From Acidimicrobiales bacterium (GTDB lineage Bacteria > Actinomycetota > Acidimicrobiia > Acidimicrobiales > CATQHL01), in contig OZ242194.1 in the NCBI GenBank assembly GCA_965206165.1, forward strand, positions 1,845,813 to 1,909,812: a stretch of DNA of 64,000 nucleotides, read 5' to 3'. Shown piece by piece: positions 9,838 through 19,059 of this stretch. The notes below the pieces were generated by a model, which ran no database searches, had not been told where the DNA came from, and worked only from the letters and a program-made list of their open reading frames with translations. The stretch's first letter is position 1. Each line of letters begins with the position of its first letter. Both the position numbers and the translations under genes were made by a program.

Positions 9838-10419
9838 TCAGTCCTGTTTCGACTTACCGGCGGCCTTCTGTTCCTTCTTCCAGGCGCGCACCCTGGCGAG
9901 GGCTTCGGGGCCGTCGATGTCGGCCACCGAGCGGGGAGTGTCGTCGGCGAACGGACCGGCGTGGCGCTCCCAGCCGTCCGGGCGGACGGTGAACCGCTTG
10001 GCCAGGATGGCGAGGAAGATCATGGATTTCTCGTCGCCGTATCCCGGCAGCGCCCGCACCCTTTCGTACAAGTCCTGCCCGCTGCTCGCGGATGTCCAGA
10101 CAGCACCCGCGTCACCGTCGTAGCCGTCGGCCACATGACGGCAGAGTTCGTGGGCCCGGCGGGCCATCGCCGCGGGGAAGCGGTGCAGTGCCGGCTTGGT
10201 GCAGAAAGCTGCCTCGAGGTCGGCCGGATCCATGGCGGCGATGGCGGCGGCGTCAAGCTCACCGCCTAGCCGCTCGGCCAGGCGGGAGGGCGACTTGAAC
10301 GCCCATTCCATGGGGATCTGCTGATCCAGCATCATGGCCAGCAGCAGTGCCAGTGGTTCGTTGTTGACGAGTGCGTCAGCGACGTCATCGCCGGTGACGG
10401 CAAGCGTTCCAGCGGTCAT
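9838..10419 (-). CDS. HhH-GPD-type base excision DNA repair family protein
   Basis: LLLAMMLDQQIPMEWAF, LHRFPAAMA, LPGYGDEKS, PRSVADID. Confidence 0.88.
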   Translation of the reverse strand: MTAGTLAVTGDDVADALVNNEPLALLLAMMLDQQIPMEWAFKSPSRLAERLGGELDAAAIAAMDPADLEAAFCTKPALHRFPAAMARRAHELCRHVADGYDGDAGAVWTSASSGQDLYERVRALPGYGDEKSMIFLAILAKRFTVRPDGWERHAGPFADDTPRSVADIDGPEALARVRAWKKEQKAAGKSKQD

Positions 10420-10675
10420 GTCCCGAGCGTACCGGCCCTGCTCAGCCCACGCGGCGGGTCGCGGGCGGCCGGGCGGAGGCGTTCGGGCCCGCCGGTAGCG
10501 TTCGGGGCGTCATGGCGTGAGAGTACCGGTCCCCGGCGGCGGTCTATCGGGCGCGTAGGAGGTAATCGTGGGACGGCCAAGGGGTCGTGAGTTCGCGCCG
10601 GCGAGCCGCGGCCGATCCGGAGCCGGAGAGCGCACCGGTGGTGATGCCGTCGTCGATCGGCGACGCTCCGCCCGC

Positions 10676-12124
10676 ATGCCTGACGTGCCGAGGCGGGCGT
10701 GGGTTGTGCTGGGTGTCGCGTGCGTCAGCATCTTCCTGGTGGTGATCGACGCCTCCATCGTGAATGTTGCCTTCCCGACCATCGGCGCCGATCTCAACAC
10801 CACCGACGCCGTGCTCTCGTGGATCCTGACGGTCTACAACGTGACCGTTGCCTCGCTGCTGCTGCTGGCCGGGCGAGCTGCCGACAGGCTCGGGCGGAAG
10901 CGGGTGTTCCTCGTCTCGGTGGCGGTCTTCACCCTCGGGTCGCTGCTGTGCAGTCTTGCCCCCAGTGCGGGCGCGCTCATCGCCTTCAGAGTCGTGCAGG
11001 CGGCCGGGGGATCGGCGATCTTCCCGGCGTCGTTGTCGCTCGTTCTTCCGGAGTTCCCCGTCCAGCGGCGCTCCATGGCCGTCGGCGTCTGGGCCGCCGT
11101 CGCGGGGCTCGGCGGTGCTGTCGGGCCGTCCGCGGGCGCACTGCTGATCGAACTCTTCGGTTGGCGCGGCATCTTCTGGCCGAACGTCCCCATCGGCGTC
11201 GTCGTCGTGGTCCTGGGTCGCCGCGTACTGGCCGAGTCGCGGTCGCCCGCCGACACCGGACGTCTGGACGTCATCGGTGTTCCGGTGAGTGTCCTCGGTG
11301 TTGCACTCGTGCTGCTGGCCGTGGTGCAGGCCGAGCATTGGGGCTACACCAGCGCCCGCACGTTGACGCTGATCGTGGTGGGTCTGGCACTGCTGCCGGT
11401 CCTCGTCTGGCGGTCACATCGTCATCCCTCTCCGGTGCTCGACCTCTCTCTGTTCAGGATCCGGTCGTTCCGGGTGGCCACCGTTGCCACGCTGTTCTTC
11501 GGGTGCGGCTTCCTCGGGGGGTTCTTCATCAACTCCCTGCTGCTGCAGCGGCTCTGGGACTGGCCGATCTGGAAGACGGGTCTCGGGCTCAGCCCGGGCC
11601 CGCTGATGTCGGTTGCCAGTTCCTGGCTGTCCGGCCGCGCCGCGGACCGTGTGGGCCACCGGTGGCTCACGGCCGCGGGGTGCGCGCTGTGCGCCGCCTC
11701 CTTCGGATGGCAGTACTGGCGTGTCGGCGCCGAACCCGACTACGTGTCGGACTTCCTCCCGTCGATGCTCATGCTGGGCGTCGGCGCAGGGCTGGCGATC
11801 ACCTGCATGATCGGCGCGCCCCTCGCGGACCTGGGCACCGACCAGTTCGCCATGGGCAACGCCACGGCCCGTACGGTGCAGCAGCTCTGCTATGCGGTGG
11901 GGGTGGCGGCCGTCGTGGCTCTCCTCGGCGCCGGCGGAACAGAGGATCCATCCCGCTACGAGCGCGCCTGGATCTGGCTCATCGCGGCGTACGGCCTGTC
12001 GGGACTGACGATGGCGCTGTTCTTTCCCTCCGGCAGCGCCGCCGGGCGGGCCCGCACAGGCGGTGCCGGCGACCCGCCTTTGGCTGCTACGACAGCGGCC
12101 CGCACTCGTAGTCGACGGGGTTGA
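10676..12124 (+). CDS. MFS transporter, DHA2 (EmrB/QacA-like); start uncertain
   Basis: DASIVNVAFPTI, GRAADRLGRKRVF, WRGIFWPNVPIG; many TM helices. Confidence 0.9.
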   Translation: MPDVPRRAWVVLGVACVSIFLVVIDASIVNVAFPTIGADLNTTDAVLSWILTVYNVTVASLLLLAGRAADRLGRKRVFLVSVAVFTLGSLLCSLAPSAGALIAFRVVQAAGGSAIFPASLSLVLPEFPVQRRSMAVGVWAAVAGLGGAVGPSAGALLIELFGWRGIFWPNVPIGVVVVVLGRRVLAESRSPADTGRLDVIGVPVSVLGVALVLLAVVQAEHWGYTSARTLTLIVVGLALLPVLVWRSHRHPSPVLDLSLFRIRSFRVATVATLFFGCGFLGGFFINSLLLQRLWDWPIWKTGLGLSPGPLMSVASSWLSGRAADRVGHRWLTAAGCALCAASFGWQYWRVGAEPDYVSDFLPSMLMLGVGAGLAITCMIGAPLADLGTDQFAMGNATARTVQQLCYAVGVAAVVALLGAGGTEDPSRYERAWIWLIAAYGLSGLTMALFFPSGSAAGRARTGGAGDPPLAATTAARTRSRRG

Positions 12125-14813
12125 CCGCCTCGGCATCCACGCCCAAGCGATCAATGGCGTCCTCGACAGCGGACGCGTCGATCTCTCCGGCGGCGGCGAG
12201 CCCCGCCAGGACGGCCACCGTGACGTGGGTACCGTCGACCTCGAAGAAGCGGCGCAGGGACTCGCGCGTGTCGCTACGGCCGAAGCCGTCGGTCCCGAGG
12301 ACGGAGTAGCTCCCGGGCACCCACCGGGCGACCTGATCGGGCACCAGCGTCAGGTAGTCGCTCACCGCCACGACAGGTCCCTGTGCTCGGGCCAGTCTGG
12401 CGGTCACTCCCGGGACTCGGGGCGTCTCCTGGGGGTGCAGCCGGTTCCAGCGCTCGGCGTCGAGGGCCTCCTCCCGGAGCTTCTTGTACGAGGTGGCGCT
12501 CCACAGTTCGGCGCCGGTGTCGTAGTGCTCGGCGAGGATCGCCTGCGCCTCGCGGGCTGCGGCGTGCGCAGGCCCGGAGAACAGGATGGTGGCCCGGTGA
12601 CGCTTCCCCGGCGGCCCGGGGTCCCAGCGGTACAGGCCGCTCATGATGTCGTCGTCGCTCACGTGGTCGGCGCGGGCGGGCTGGAGGTGGTTCTCGTTGT
12701 AGATCGTCAGGTAGTAGAAGACGTCGTCGCCGTGCGCCACTCCCGCCGGGGGATACATGCGCTCGAGCCCGCAGGCGATGATCGTGGCCATCTCGTAGGC
12801 GAAGGCGGGGTCGTAGGACTGGCACGCCGGGACCGAGGCCGCCAGCAGGTGACTGTGCCCGTCCTGGTGCTGCAGCCCCTCGCCGGCGAGGGTGGTGCGC
12901 CCCGCCGTGGCGCCCAGAAGGAACCCTCGCGCCCGGCTGTCAGCCGCCGACCAGATGAGGTCGCCCACCCGCTGGAAGCCGAACATGGAGTAGAAGGTGT
13001 ACATCGGCACCATCGGCACGCCCAGGTTGGCGTAGCTGGTGCCCGCGGCGATCCACTCCGCCAGCGAGCCGGCCTCGGTGATGCCCTCCTCCAGGATCTG
13101 CCCGTCGGTGTCCTCGGAGTAGGACAGCAGCAGGTCGTGGTCCACCGGTTCGTAGAGCTGCCCGTGCGGGGCGTAGATCTCGAACTCCCGGAACAGCGAG
13201 TCCATCCCGAAGGTGCGGGCCTCGTCGGCCACGATCGGAGCGATCCGGGGGCCGACGTCCTTGTCACGCAGCAACGAGCGCAGCAAGGTGGTGAAGGCCA
13301 CGGTGGTCGAGACCTCCCGGCTGCCCGAGCCGTCGTCGAAGGTGGCGAAGATCTTGCGGTCGGGCTGGCTCAGCGGCCGGCGGTCCCGCACGATGCGCGA
13401 GGGCAGGTTCCCGTCGAGCGCCTGGCGGCGTCCACGCATGTACACCATCTCCTCGGCGTCCGGTGGCGGCCGGTAGTACGGCGGGGCGGCGTCGTCCACG
13501 AGGGCGCTCTCGGGGATCTCGTCCCAGAGGCGCAGCCGGTCGCGGAGTTCCAGCAGTTGGCGGGTGGTCATCTTCTTGATCTGATGCGTGGCGTTGCGGC
13601 CCTCGAAACCCTTGCCCAGGCTCCAGCCCTTGATGGTCTTGGCGAGGATCACCGTCGGTGAGCCGACGTTCTCGGTAGCGGCCTTGTAGGCGGCGAACAG
13701 CTTCTGGTGGTCGTGGCCGCCGCGTGGCAGGTTGGAGAGGTCCTCGTCGCTGTAGCCGTCCACCATGGCGCGCAGGCGCGGGTCGGGCCCGAAGAAGTGC
13801 TCACGGATGTACGTGCCGGACTCGGTGGCGTAGCGCTGGTACTCGCCGTCCACGGTGGAGTTCATCTTGTTGAGCAGCAGACCGCTGTTGTCGCGCTTCA
13901 GCAGATCGTCCCAGCGGGACCCCCAGATGACCTTGATGACGTTCCAGCCGGCGCCGCGGAAGAGACCCTCGAGTTCCTGGATGATCTTGCCGTTGCCCCG
14001 CACGGGTCCGTCGAGGCGCTGCAGATTGCAGTTGACCACCCAGATGAGGTTGTCGAGTCCCGAGCGCCCGGCCAGGGAGATGGCGCCCTGCGTCTCGGGT
14101 TCGTCCATCTCGCCGTCGCCGACGAAGCACCAGATGCGCGACTGCGCGGTGTCGTCGATTCGCCGGTGGTGCAGGTAGCGGTTGAAGCGGGCGTGATAGA
14201 TGGAGTTGATGGCGCCGAGCCCCATCGACACCGTGGGGTATTCCCAGAAGTCGGGCATGAGTCGCGGGTGCGGGTAGCTGGACAACCCTCGCCCGCCGAT
14301 CTCCATGCGGAAGTTGTTGAGATGCTCGGTGGTGAGCCGCCCCTCGAGGAAGGCGCGGGCGTAGACGCCCGGGGCGGCGTGGCCCTGGAAGTACACGTGG
14401 TCACCGGGCAGGCCGTCGTCCTTGCCCCGGAAGAACCAGTTGAAGCCCACGTCGTACAGCGAGGCCGACGAGGCGAAGGTGGACAGGTGCCCGCCGATGC
14501 CGTCGGCCGCCTTGTTCGCCCGGATCACCATGACCGCGGCGTTCCAGCGGATATAGCGCCGGATGAGCTTCTCGAGGTGCTCGTCACCGGGGAAGAAGGG
14601 CTGGCTGTCGGCGGGGACGGTATTGACGTAGGGGGTGGTGACGGTGGCGGAGATGCCGACATCGAGTTGCTCTGCCCGCTCGAGCAGCCGGGCCACGAGC
14701 AGCCGGGCACGCTCCTTGCCGCGTTCGTGGACCAGGGCATCGAAGGAGTCGATCCACTCACCGGTCTCGGTGGGATCGGTGTCGGGGAGTTGGTGCGAGA
14801 AGTGGCCGCGCAT
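12087..14813 (-). CDS. aceE: Pyruvate dehydrogenase E1 component, homodimeric type
   Basis: DTDPTETGEW, GGHLSTFASSA, YPHPRLMP, GDGEMDEPE, TLAGEGLQHQDG, GFGRSDTR; probable start ATG 14813. Confidence 0.96.
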   Translation of the reverse strand: MRGHFSHQLPDTDPTETGEWIDSFDALVHERGKERARLLVARLLERAEQLDVGISATVTTPYVNTVPADSQPFFPGDEHLEKLIRRYIRWNAAVMVIRANKAADGIGGHLSTFASSASLYDVGFNWFFRGKDDGLPGDHVYFQGHAAPGVYARAFLEGRLTTEHLNNFRMEIGGRGLSSYPHPRLMPDFWEYPTVSMGLGAINSIYHARFNRYLHHRRIDDTAQSRIWCFVGDGEMDEPETQGAISLAGRSGLDNLIWVVNCNLQRLDGPVRGNGKIIQELEGLFRGAGWNVIKVIWGSRWDDLLKRDNSGLLLNKMNSTVDGEYQRYATESGTYIREHFFGPDPRLRAMVDGYSDEDLSNLPRGGHDHQKLFAAYKAATENVGSPTVILAKTIKGWSLGKGFEGRNATHQIKKMTTRQLLELRDRLRLWDEIPESALVDDAAPPYYRPPPDAEEMVYMRGRRQALDGNLPSRIVRDRRPLSQPDRKIFATFDDGSGSREVSTTVAFTTLLRSLLRDKDVGPRIAPIVADEARTFGMDSLFREFEIYAPHGQLYEPVDHDLLLSYSEDTDGQILEEGITEAGSLAEWIAAGTSYANLGVPMVPMYTFYSMFGFQRVGDLIWSAADSRARGFLLGATAGRTTLAGEGLQHQDGHSHLLAASVPACQSYDPAFAYEMATIIACGLERMYPPAGVAHGDDVFYYLTIYNENHLQPARADHVSDDDIMSGLYRWDPGPPGKRHRATILFSGPAHAAAREAQAILAEHYDTGAELWSATSYKKLREEALDAERWNRLHPQETPRVPGVTARLARAQGPVVAVSDYLTLVPDQVARWVPGSYSVLGTDGFGRSDTRESLRRFFEVDGTHVTVAVLAGLAAAGEIDASAVEDAIDRLGVDAEAVNPVDYECGPLS

Positions 14814-14921
14814 CGGTCTCCATTGTCGCACGCCCCAGCCAATTTCGGCCAAGTCCGGCCGGTGTCTTCTCGAGGTCTGATGGGGAAGGGAATCGCCAAA
14901 CGAGTTGGCGGTCGTGCGAGG

Positions 14922-15419
14922 ATGAGCGACGTGATTGATCCGGCGAGCGGGGTGCGGCGACCGACGGTGGTGTACACCGATGGTTCGTGCCGCGGGAATC
15001 CCGGCCCCGGCGGCTGGGGCTGGGTGGTGCCCGATGGCCCGTGGGCCGCCGGCGCCGCACCGGCGACGACCAACAACCGCATGGAGATGCAGGCGGTACT
15101 GGAGGCGCTGGAGGCACTGCAGGGTCGCGACCCGGTGGAGGTCGTCACCGACTCCAACTACATCGTCAACTGCTTCGCGCAGCGATGGTGGGTGGGATGG
15201 CAGCGTCGCAACTGGCGCAACTCCAAGAAGGAGCCGGTCAAGAACCAGGATCTGTGGGTGCCGCTGATCGAGCAGGTCCTGGCGCGAGGTGTGGCATTCC
15301 GCTGGGTGAAGGGACACGCCGGCGACCGCTGGAACGATGCGGCCGATCTGCTCGCCACCGCCGCCGCGGACGCGCAGCGAGACAGCCGGGGTGATAGCTA
15401 CCGGCTGGGGGGTCGCTGA
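14922..15419 (+). CDS. rnhA: Ribonuclease HI
   Basis: YTDGSCRGNPGPGGW, TTNNRME, TDSNY, KNQDLW, WVKGHAG, NDAADLLA. Confidence 0.95.
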   Translation: MSDVIDPASGVRRPTVVYTDGSCRGNPGPGGWGWVVPDGPWAAGAAPATTNNRMEMQAVLEALEALQGRDPVEVVTDSNYIVNCFAQRWWVGWQRRNWRNSKKEPVKNQDLWVPLIEQVLARGVAFRWVKGHAGDRWNDAADLLATAAADAQRDSRGDSYRLGGR

Positions 15420-15492
15420 GCGTGCAACTCGGGCCGGCGAGCGGGATCTCCGGGCGTCCCGGCCTTCGGGCTGAACGTCTCGACCGTGCCCG

Positions 15493-17295
15493 ATGAGGGT
15501 CGGGACCGACACCGGCGGCACATTCACCGACCTCGTCGACGAGACCGGGGCGGTGGCGAAGGTTCTGTCGAGACCGAAGGATCCGGCCGGGGCGCTCGCG
15601 GGCGGCCTCGAGGTGCTGGGGACTGCGCGCCCCGACGTGCTGACGCACGGCACGACCATCGCCACGAACGCGGTTCTGGAGCGCCGCGGGGCGACGGTGG
15701 CGCTGGTCACGACGGAGGGGTTCGCCGACGTCATCGAGATCGCCCGCCAGAACCGCCCGTCGCTCTACGACCCGTTCGCCGACCGGCCCGAGCCGCTGGT
15801 GGGGCGTGACCGGCGCCACGAGGTGGGCGGGCGGCTCGCTGCCGACGGCACCGAAGTGACCCCGCTCGACGTGTCGGGCCTCGGCGAGATCGGTCCTGCC
15901 GAAGCGGTGGCCGTGTGCCTGCTGCATGCCGACCTGAACGGTGCCCACGAGCAGGCCGTGGCTCGGGAGCTTCGCCGGCGTGGCCACGCCGTCACCTGCT
16001 CCAGCGACGTGGCGCCGGAGTTCCGGGAGTACGAGCGCACCTCCACGACGGTCATGAACGCCTACGTCCGGCCTCTGACGGCGGCGTACCTCCGAGCGTT
16101 GGGCGCGCTCGCCGACGAGGTGCTCGTAATGACCTCCGCCGGCGGACTGGTCCCCGTGGCGGCCGCCGCCGAGGCGCCGGTGCGGCTGCTGCTGTCGGGC
16201 CCCGCCGGAGGGGTGCGCGCGGGCGCCTACTACGCCCGCGTCAACGGCTATCCGGACGCCGTGACCTTCGACATGGGCGGCACGAGCACCGACGTCTGTC
16301 TCGTCAGCGGCGGCGAACCCGCCCCCGCGGCGCAACGCGCGATGGCGGGCCTGCCCGTGCGGGTACCGGCCCTCGACGTGCTGACGATCGGTGCCGGCGG
16401 CGGGTCGGTGGCCCGCATCGACGCCGGCGATGCCCTGGTGGTCGGTCCCGAGAGCGCCGGAGCCATGCCGGGACCGGCCTGCTACGGCCGTGGCGGCACG
16501 CTGCCCACGGTGACCGACGCCAACCTGGTCGCCGGGAGGATCCCCACGCAGACCTCCTTCAGCGACCTCGGCACGCTGGATGTGAAGGCCGCCGCGGAGG
16601 CCCTGGCCGCCGGCGGGTTCTCGGCCGCCGATGTCCTGGCGGTCGTGAACGCCAACATGGCCGGTGCGCTGCGCCAGGTAACGATCGAGCGTGGCACCGA
16701 CCCCTCCGAGGTTGCGCTGGTGGCCTTCGGCGGGGCGGGACCGCTGCACGCCTGCGATCTGGCGGACGAGTTGGGCATGCCCGCTGTCATCGTCCCGCCG
16801 CGGGCGGGCGTGCTGTCGGCGGTCGGCATCCTGGGCGGCCCGCGCCAGACCGACATCGTCCAGTCGTGGCCCGCCACCGCGGACCACGAGGGCTTGGCGG
16901 AGGCAGCGGCCGCCCTGGCTGCGCGGGCGCGCGCCGACTTGCGCCATGCCGACCGGGTGGCGGTGCGCTATGACTGCCGCTACCGGGCGCAGAGCCACGA
17001 GCTGACCGTGGACCACCCCGACGACTTCGCCGCCGAGCACGTCCGCCGCAATGGCTATTCCCGGCCCGACACCCCGGTGGAGGTCGTGGCCCTGCGGGCG
17101 AGCGCCGAGGCGGACTCACCGGTGAAGCTTGCGGATCTCCCGCCGGGCGCTCGCCAGGACGCCACCGGACCGACCGTCGTGGTGGAGCCCGATACGACCC
17201 TCTGGGTGCCCGAGGGGTGGTGCGCCAGCGTCGGCGAGGCGGGAGCGTGGATCCTGCGCCGCACGCGTAACGGCGATAGGTCGCCGTTGTCGTGA
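15493..17295 (+). CDS. Hydantoinase A/5-oxoprolinase family protein
   Basis: DTGGTFTD, HGTTIATN, EFREYERTST, SGPAGG, DMGGTSTD, PTVTDAN. Confidence 0.93.
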   Translation: MRVGTDTGGTFTDLVDETGAVAKVLSRPKDPAGALAGGLEVLGTARPDVLTHGTTIATNAVLERRGATVALVTTEGFADVIEIARQNRPSLYDPFADRPEPLVGRDRRHEVGGRLAADGTEVTPLDVSGLGEIGPAEAVAVCLLHADLNGAHEQAVARELRRRGHAVTCSSDVAPEFREYERTSTTVMNAYVRPLTAAYLRALGALADEVLVMTSAGGLVPVAAAAEAPVRLLLSGPAGGVRAGAYYARVNGYPDAVTFDMGGTSTDVCLVSGGEPAPAAQRAMAGLPVRVPALDVLTIGAGGGSVARIDAGDALVVGPESAGAMPGPACYGRGGTLPTVTDANLVAGRIPTQTSFSDLGTLDVKAAAEALAAGGFSAADVLAVVNANMAGALRQVTIERGTDPSEVALVAFGGAGPLHACDLADELGMPAVIVPPRAGVLSAVGILGGPRQTDIVQSWPATADHEGLAEAAAALAARARADLRHADRVAVRYDCRYRAQSHELTVDHPDDFAAEHVRRNGYSRPDTPVEVVALRASAEADSPVKLADLPPGARQDATGPTVVVEPDTTLWVPEGWCASVGEAGAWILRRTRNGDRSPLS

Positions 17296-18836
17296 GCGGG
17301 CAACTCTCTCCTGCGGCGCTGCAGATCCTCGTCTCGCGCCTCGAGGGCGCGGCGGTCGAGATGGGCGAGGTGCTGCGCCGCGCCTCGTTCAGCCCCAACA
17401 TCAAGGAGCGCGCCGACTGCTCGGCGGCGCTGTTCACCGCCGGCGGGGAGTTGCTGGTGCAGGCCGAGCACATTCCCGTCCACCTGGGTTCCATGCCGGC
17501 GTCGGTGCAGGCGGCCATCGATGCGTTCGGGGGCGACCTGGCACCGGGCGAGCAGGTGATCCTCAACGACCCGTACGCCGGCGGCACCCACCTGAACGAT
17601 GTGACCCTCGTGGCGCCCTGCCACGTCGACGGCCGGATCGTGGGCTGGGCGGCCAACCGCGCCCACCACGCCGACGTCGGCGGCTCGGCCCCCGGGTCGA
17701 TCCCGGCCGGCGCTCGGACGGTCTTCGAGGAGGGGCTGCGCATCCCGCCGGTGCGCTTCACCGATGACGTCGTGGCCATTATCTGCGCCAACTCCCGCAC
17801 ACCTGTCGAGCGCCGGGGCGACCTCGACGCCCAGATGGGAGCCAACCGCTGTGGCGTGGCGCGGCTGGCGGAGTTGGCCGGTGCCCCCTTGTCGGAGGTC
17901 ACCGACTACGGCGAACGGCGGATGCGTGCGGCCCTTGCCGGACTGCCCGACGGCACCTGGCGCTTCGAGGACGTGATGGACAGCGTGGGGCCGCGCCCGT
18001 CCCAGCAGGAGCCGGTGCGGATCGCCGTGGAAATCACGCTTGCCGGCGACGGCGTGAAGTTCGACTTCTCCGGTACCGACCGCCAGCGTCCGGGCAACGT
18101 AAACGCCCCGGCGGCGGTGACGGTCAGTTGCGTGGGGTTCGCTCTGCGCAGCGCCACCGACCCCACGATCCCCTCCAACGGTGGGGCGATGCGACCCGTG
18201 GAGGTTGTGGCGCCGTCGGGGACGCTGGTGGCCGCCGAACCACCGGCGGCTGTGGGGGCCGGCAATGTGGAGATCAGCCAGCGCATTGCTGACGTCTGCC
18301 TCGGCGCTCTCGCCGGCCTGGCGCCCGACCGGGTCGGCGCCGCCTCCCAGGGCACGATGAACAACATCCTGGTCGGTGCCGCGGGCTGGGTGTACTACGA
18401 GACCGTCGGCGGCGGGCAGGGGGGTCGCCCCGGTCGGGCGGGCATGAGCGGCGTGCACACGGCCATGACCAACACGCTGAACACCCCCGTCGAGGCTCTG
18501 GAGCGCTCCTACGGCATGCGGGTGCGGCGCCTGCGCCTGCGTTCCGGAAGCGGCGGCGCAGGTCGCTTCCGAGGTGGCGACGGCATCGAGCGAGATCTGG
18601 AGATGCTCGAGCCCACCACCGTGTCGCTGATCTCCGAGCGTCGCCGCAGCCGTCCCTGGGGATTGGCGGGCGGCGAGCCCGGTGCGGCGGGGGAGAACTG
18701 GCTGTTGCCCGGCGGCCGTGAAGAGGACGCCAGACGCCTCGCCGACAAGGTCACCCTGGATCTCGAAGCAGGTGATGTCGTGCGTGTGCGCACCCCCGGC
18801 GGGGGCGGCTGGGGCTCGCCCGAACGAGGGGGTTGA
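17292..18836 (+). CDS. Hydantoinase B/5-oxoprolinase family protein
   Basis: SPNIKERADCS, HIPVHLGS, NDPYAGGTHLND, HHADVGG, TPGGGGWG; coupled to the upstream gene. Confidence 0.93.
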   Translation: MSGQLSPAALQILVSRLEGAAVEMGEVLRRASFSPNIKERADCSAALFTAGGELLVQAEHIPVHLGSMPASVQAAIDAFGGDLAPGEQVILNDPYAGGTHLNDVTLVAPCHVDGRIVGWAANRAHHADVGGSAPGSIPAGARTVFEEGLRIPPVRFTDDVVAIICANSRTPVERRGDLDAQMGANRCGVARLAELAGAPLSEVTDYGERRMRAALAGLPDGTWRFEDVMDSVGPRPSQQEPVRIAVEITLAGDGVKFDFSGTDRQRPGNVNAPAAVTVSCVGFALRSATDPTIPSNGGAMRPVEVVAPSGTLVAAEPPAAVGAGNVEISQRIADVCLGALAGLAPDRVGAASQGTMNNILVGAAGWVYYETVGGGQGGRPGRAGMSGVHTAMTNTLNTPVEALERSYGMRVRRLRLRSGSGGAGRFRGGDGIERDLEMLEPTTVSLISERRRSRPWGLAGGEPGAAGENWLLPGGREEDARRLADKVTLDLEAGDVVRVRTPGGGGWGSPERGG

Positions 18837-18897
18837 TCTCTCTGCGGAAAAACTTTCTCGCGCGTGTCAACCGAACCGGTGACTGAGGCGTCTGTCA

Positions 18898-19020
18898 GTC
18901 AAAGATCGCCGGGATCTTCCGGATGGCCGCAACCCGAGCAGTTGGAGCAGCAGGGTTGCGGCCGGTGGAATAGGCGGGTTCGGACCTTTTGGAGCGAGGT
19001 TCGAGCCCGCTTTCTTTGTT
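18898..19020 (+). ncRNA. Candidate small RNA with three hairpins (unassigned family)
   Basis: Hairpins 18902-18918, 18925-18963 (perfect 11-bp stem) and 18974-19010 plus a U-tract; both large loops contain TTGGAGC; ECF-like promoter TGTCAAC-N17-CGTC at 18865-18892. Confidence 0.45.
18974..19020 (+). terminator. Intrinsic terminator
   Basis: 14-bp stem GCGGGTTCGGACCT/AGGTTCGAGCCCGC (2 G-U pairs) followed by TTTCTTTGTT. Confidence 0.75.
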
Positions 19021-19059
19021 CGTTCGAGAGCAGCCGCGGAATCTGCGACACTACGAGCC

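Noticed and set aside
14814-15734. 300-aa N-terminal extension of AceE in the ORF track
   Set aside because: It overlaps rnhA and the hydantoinase gene on the other strand; AceE homology starts near 14813.
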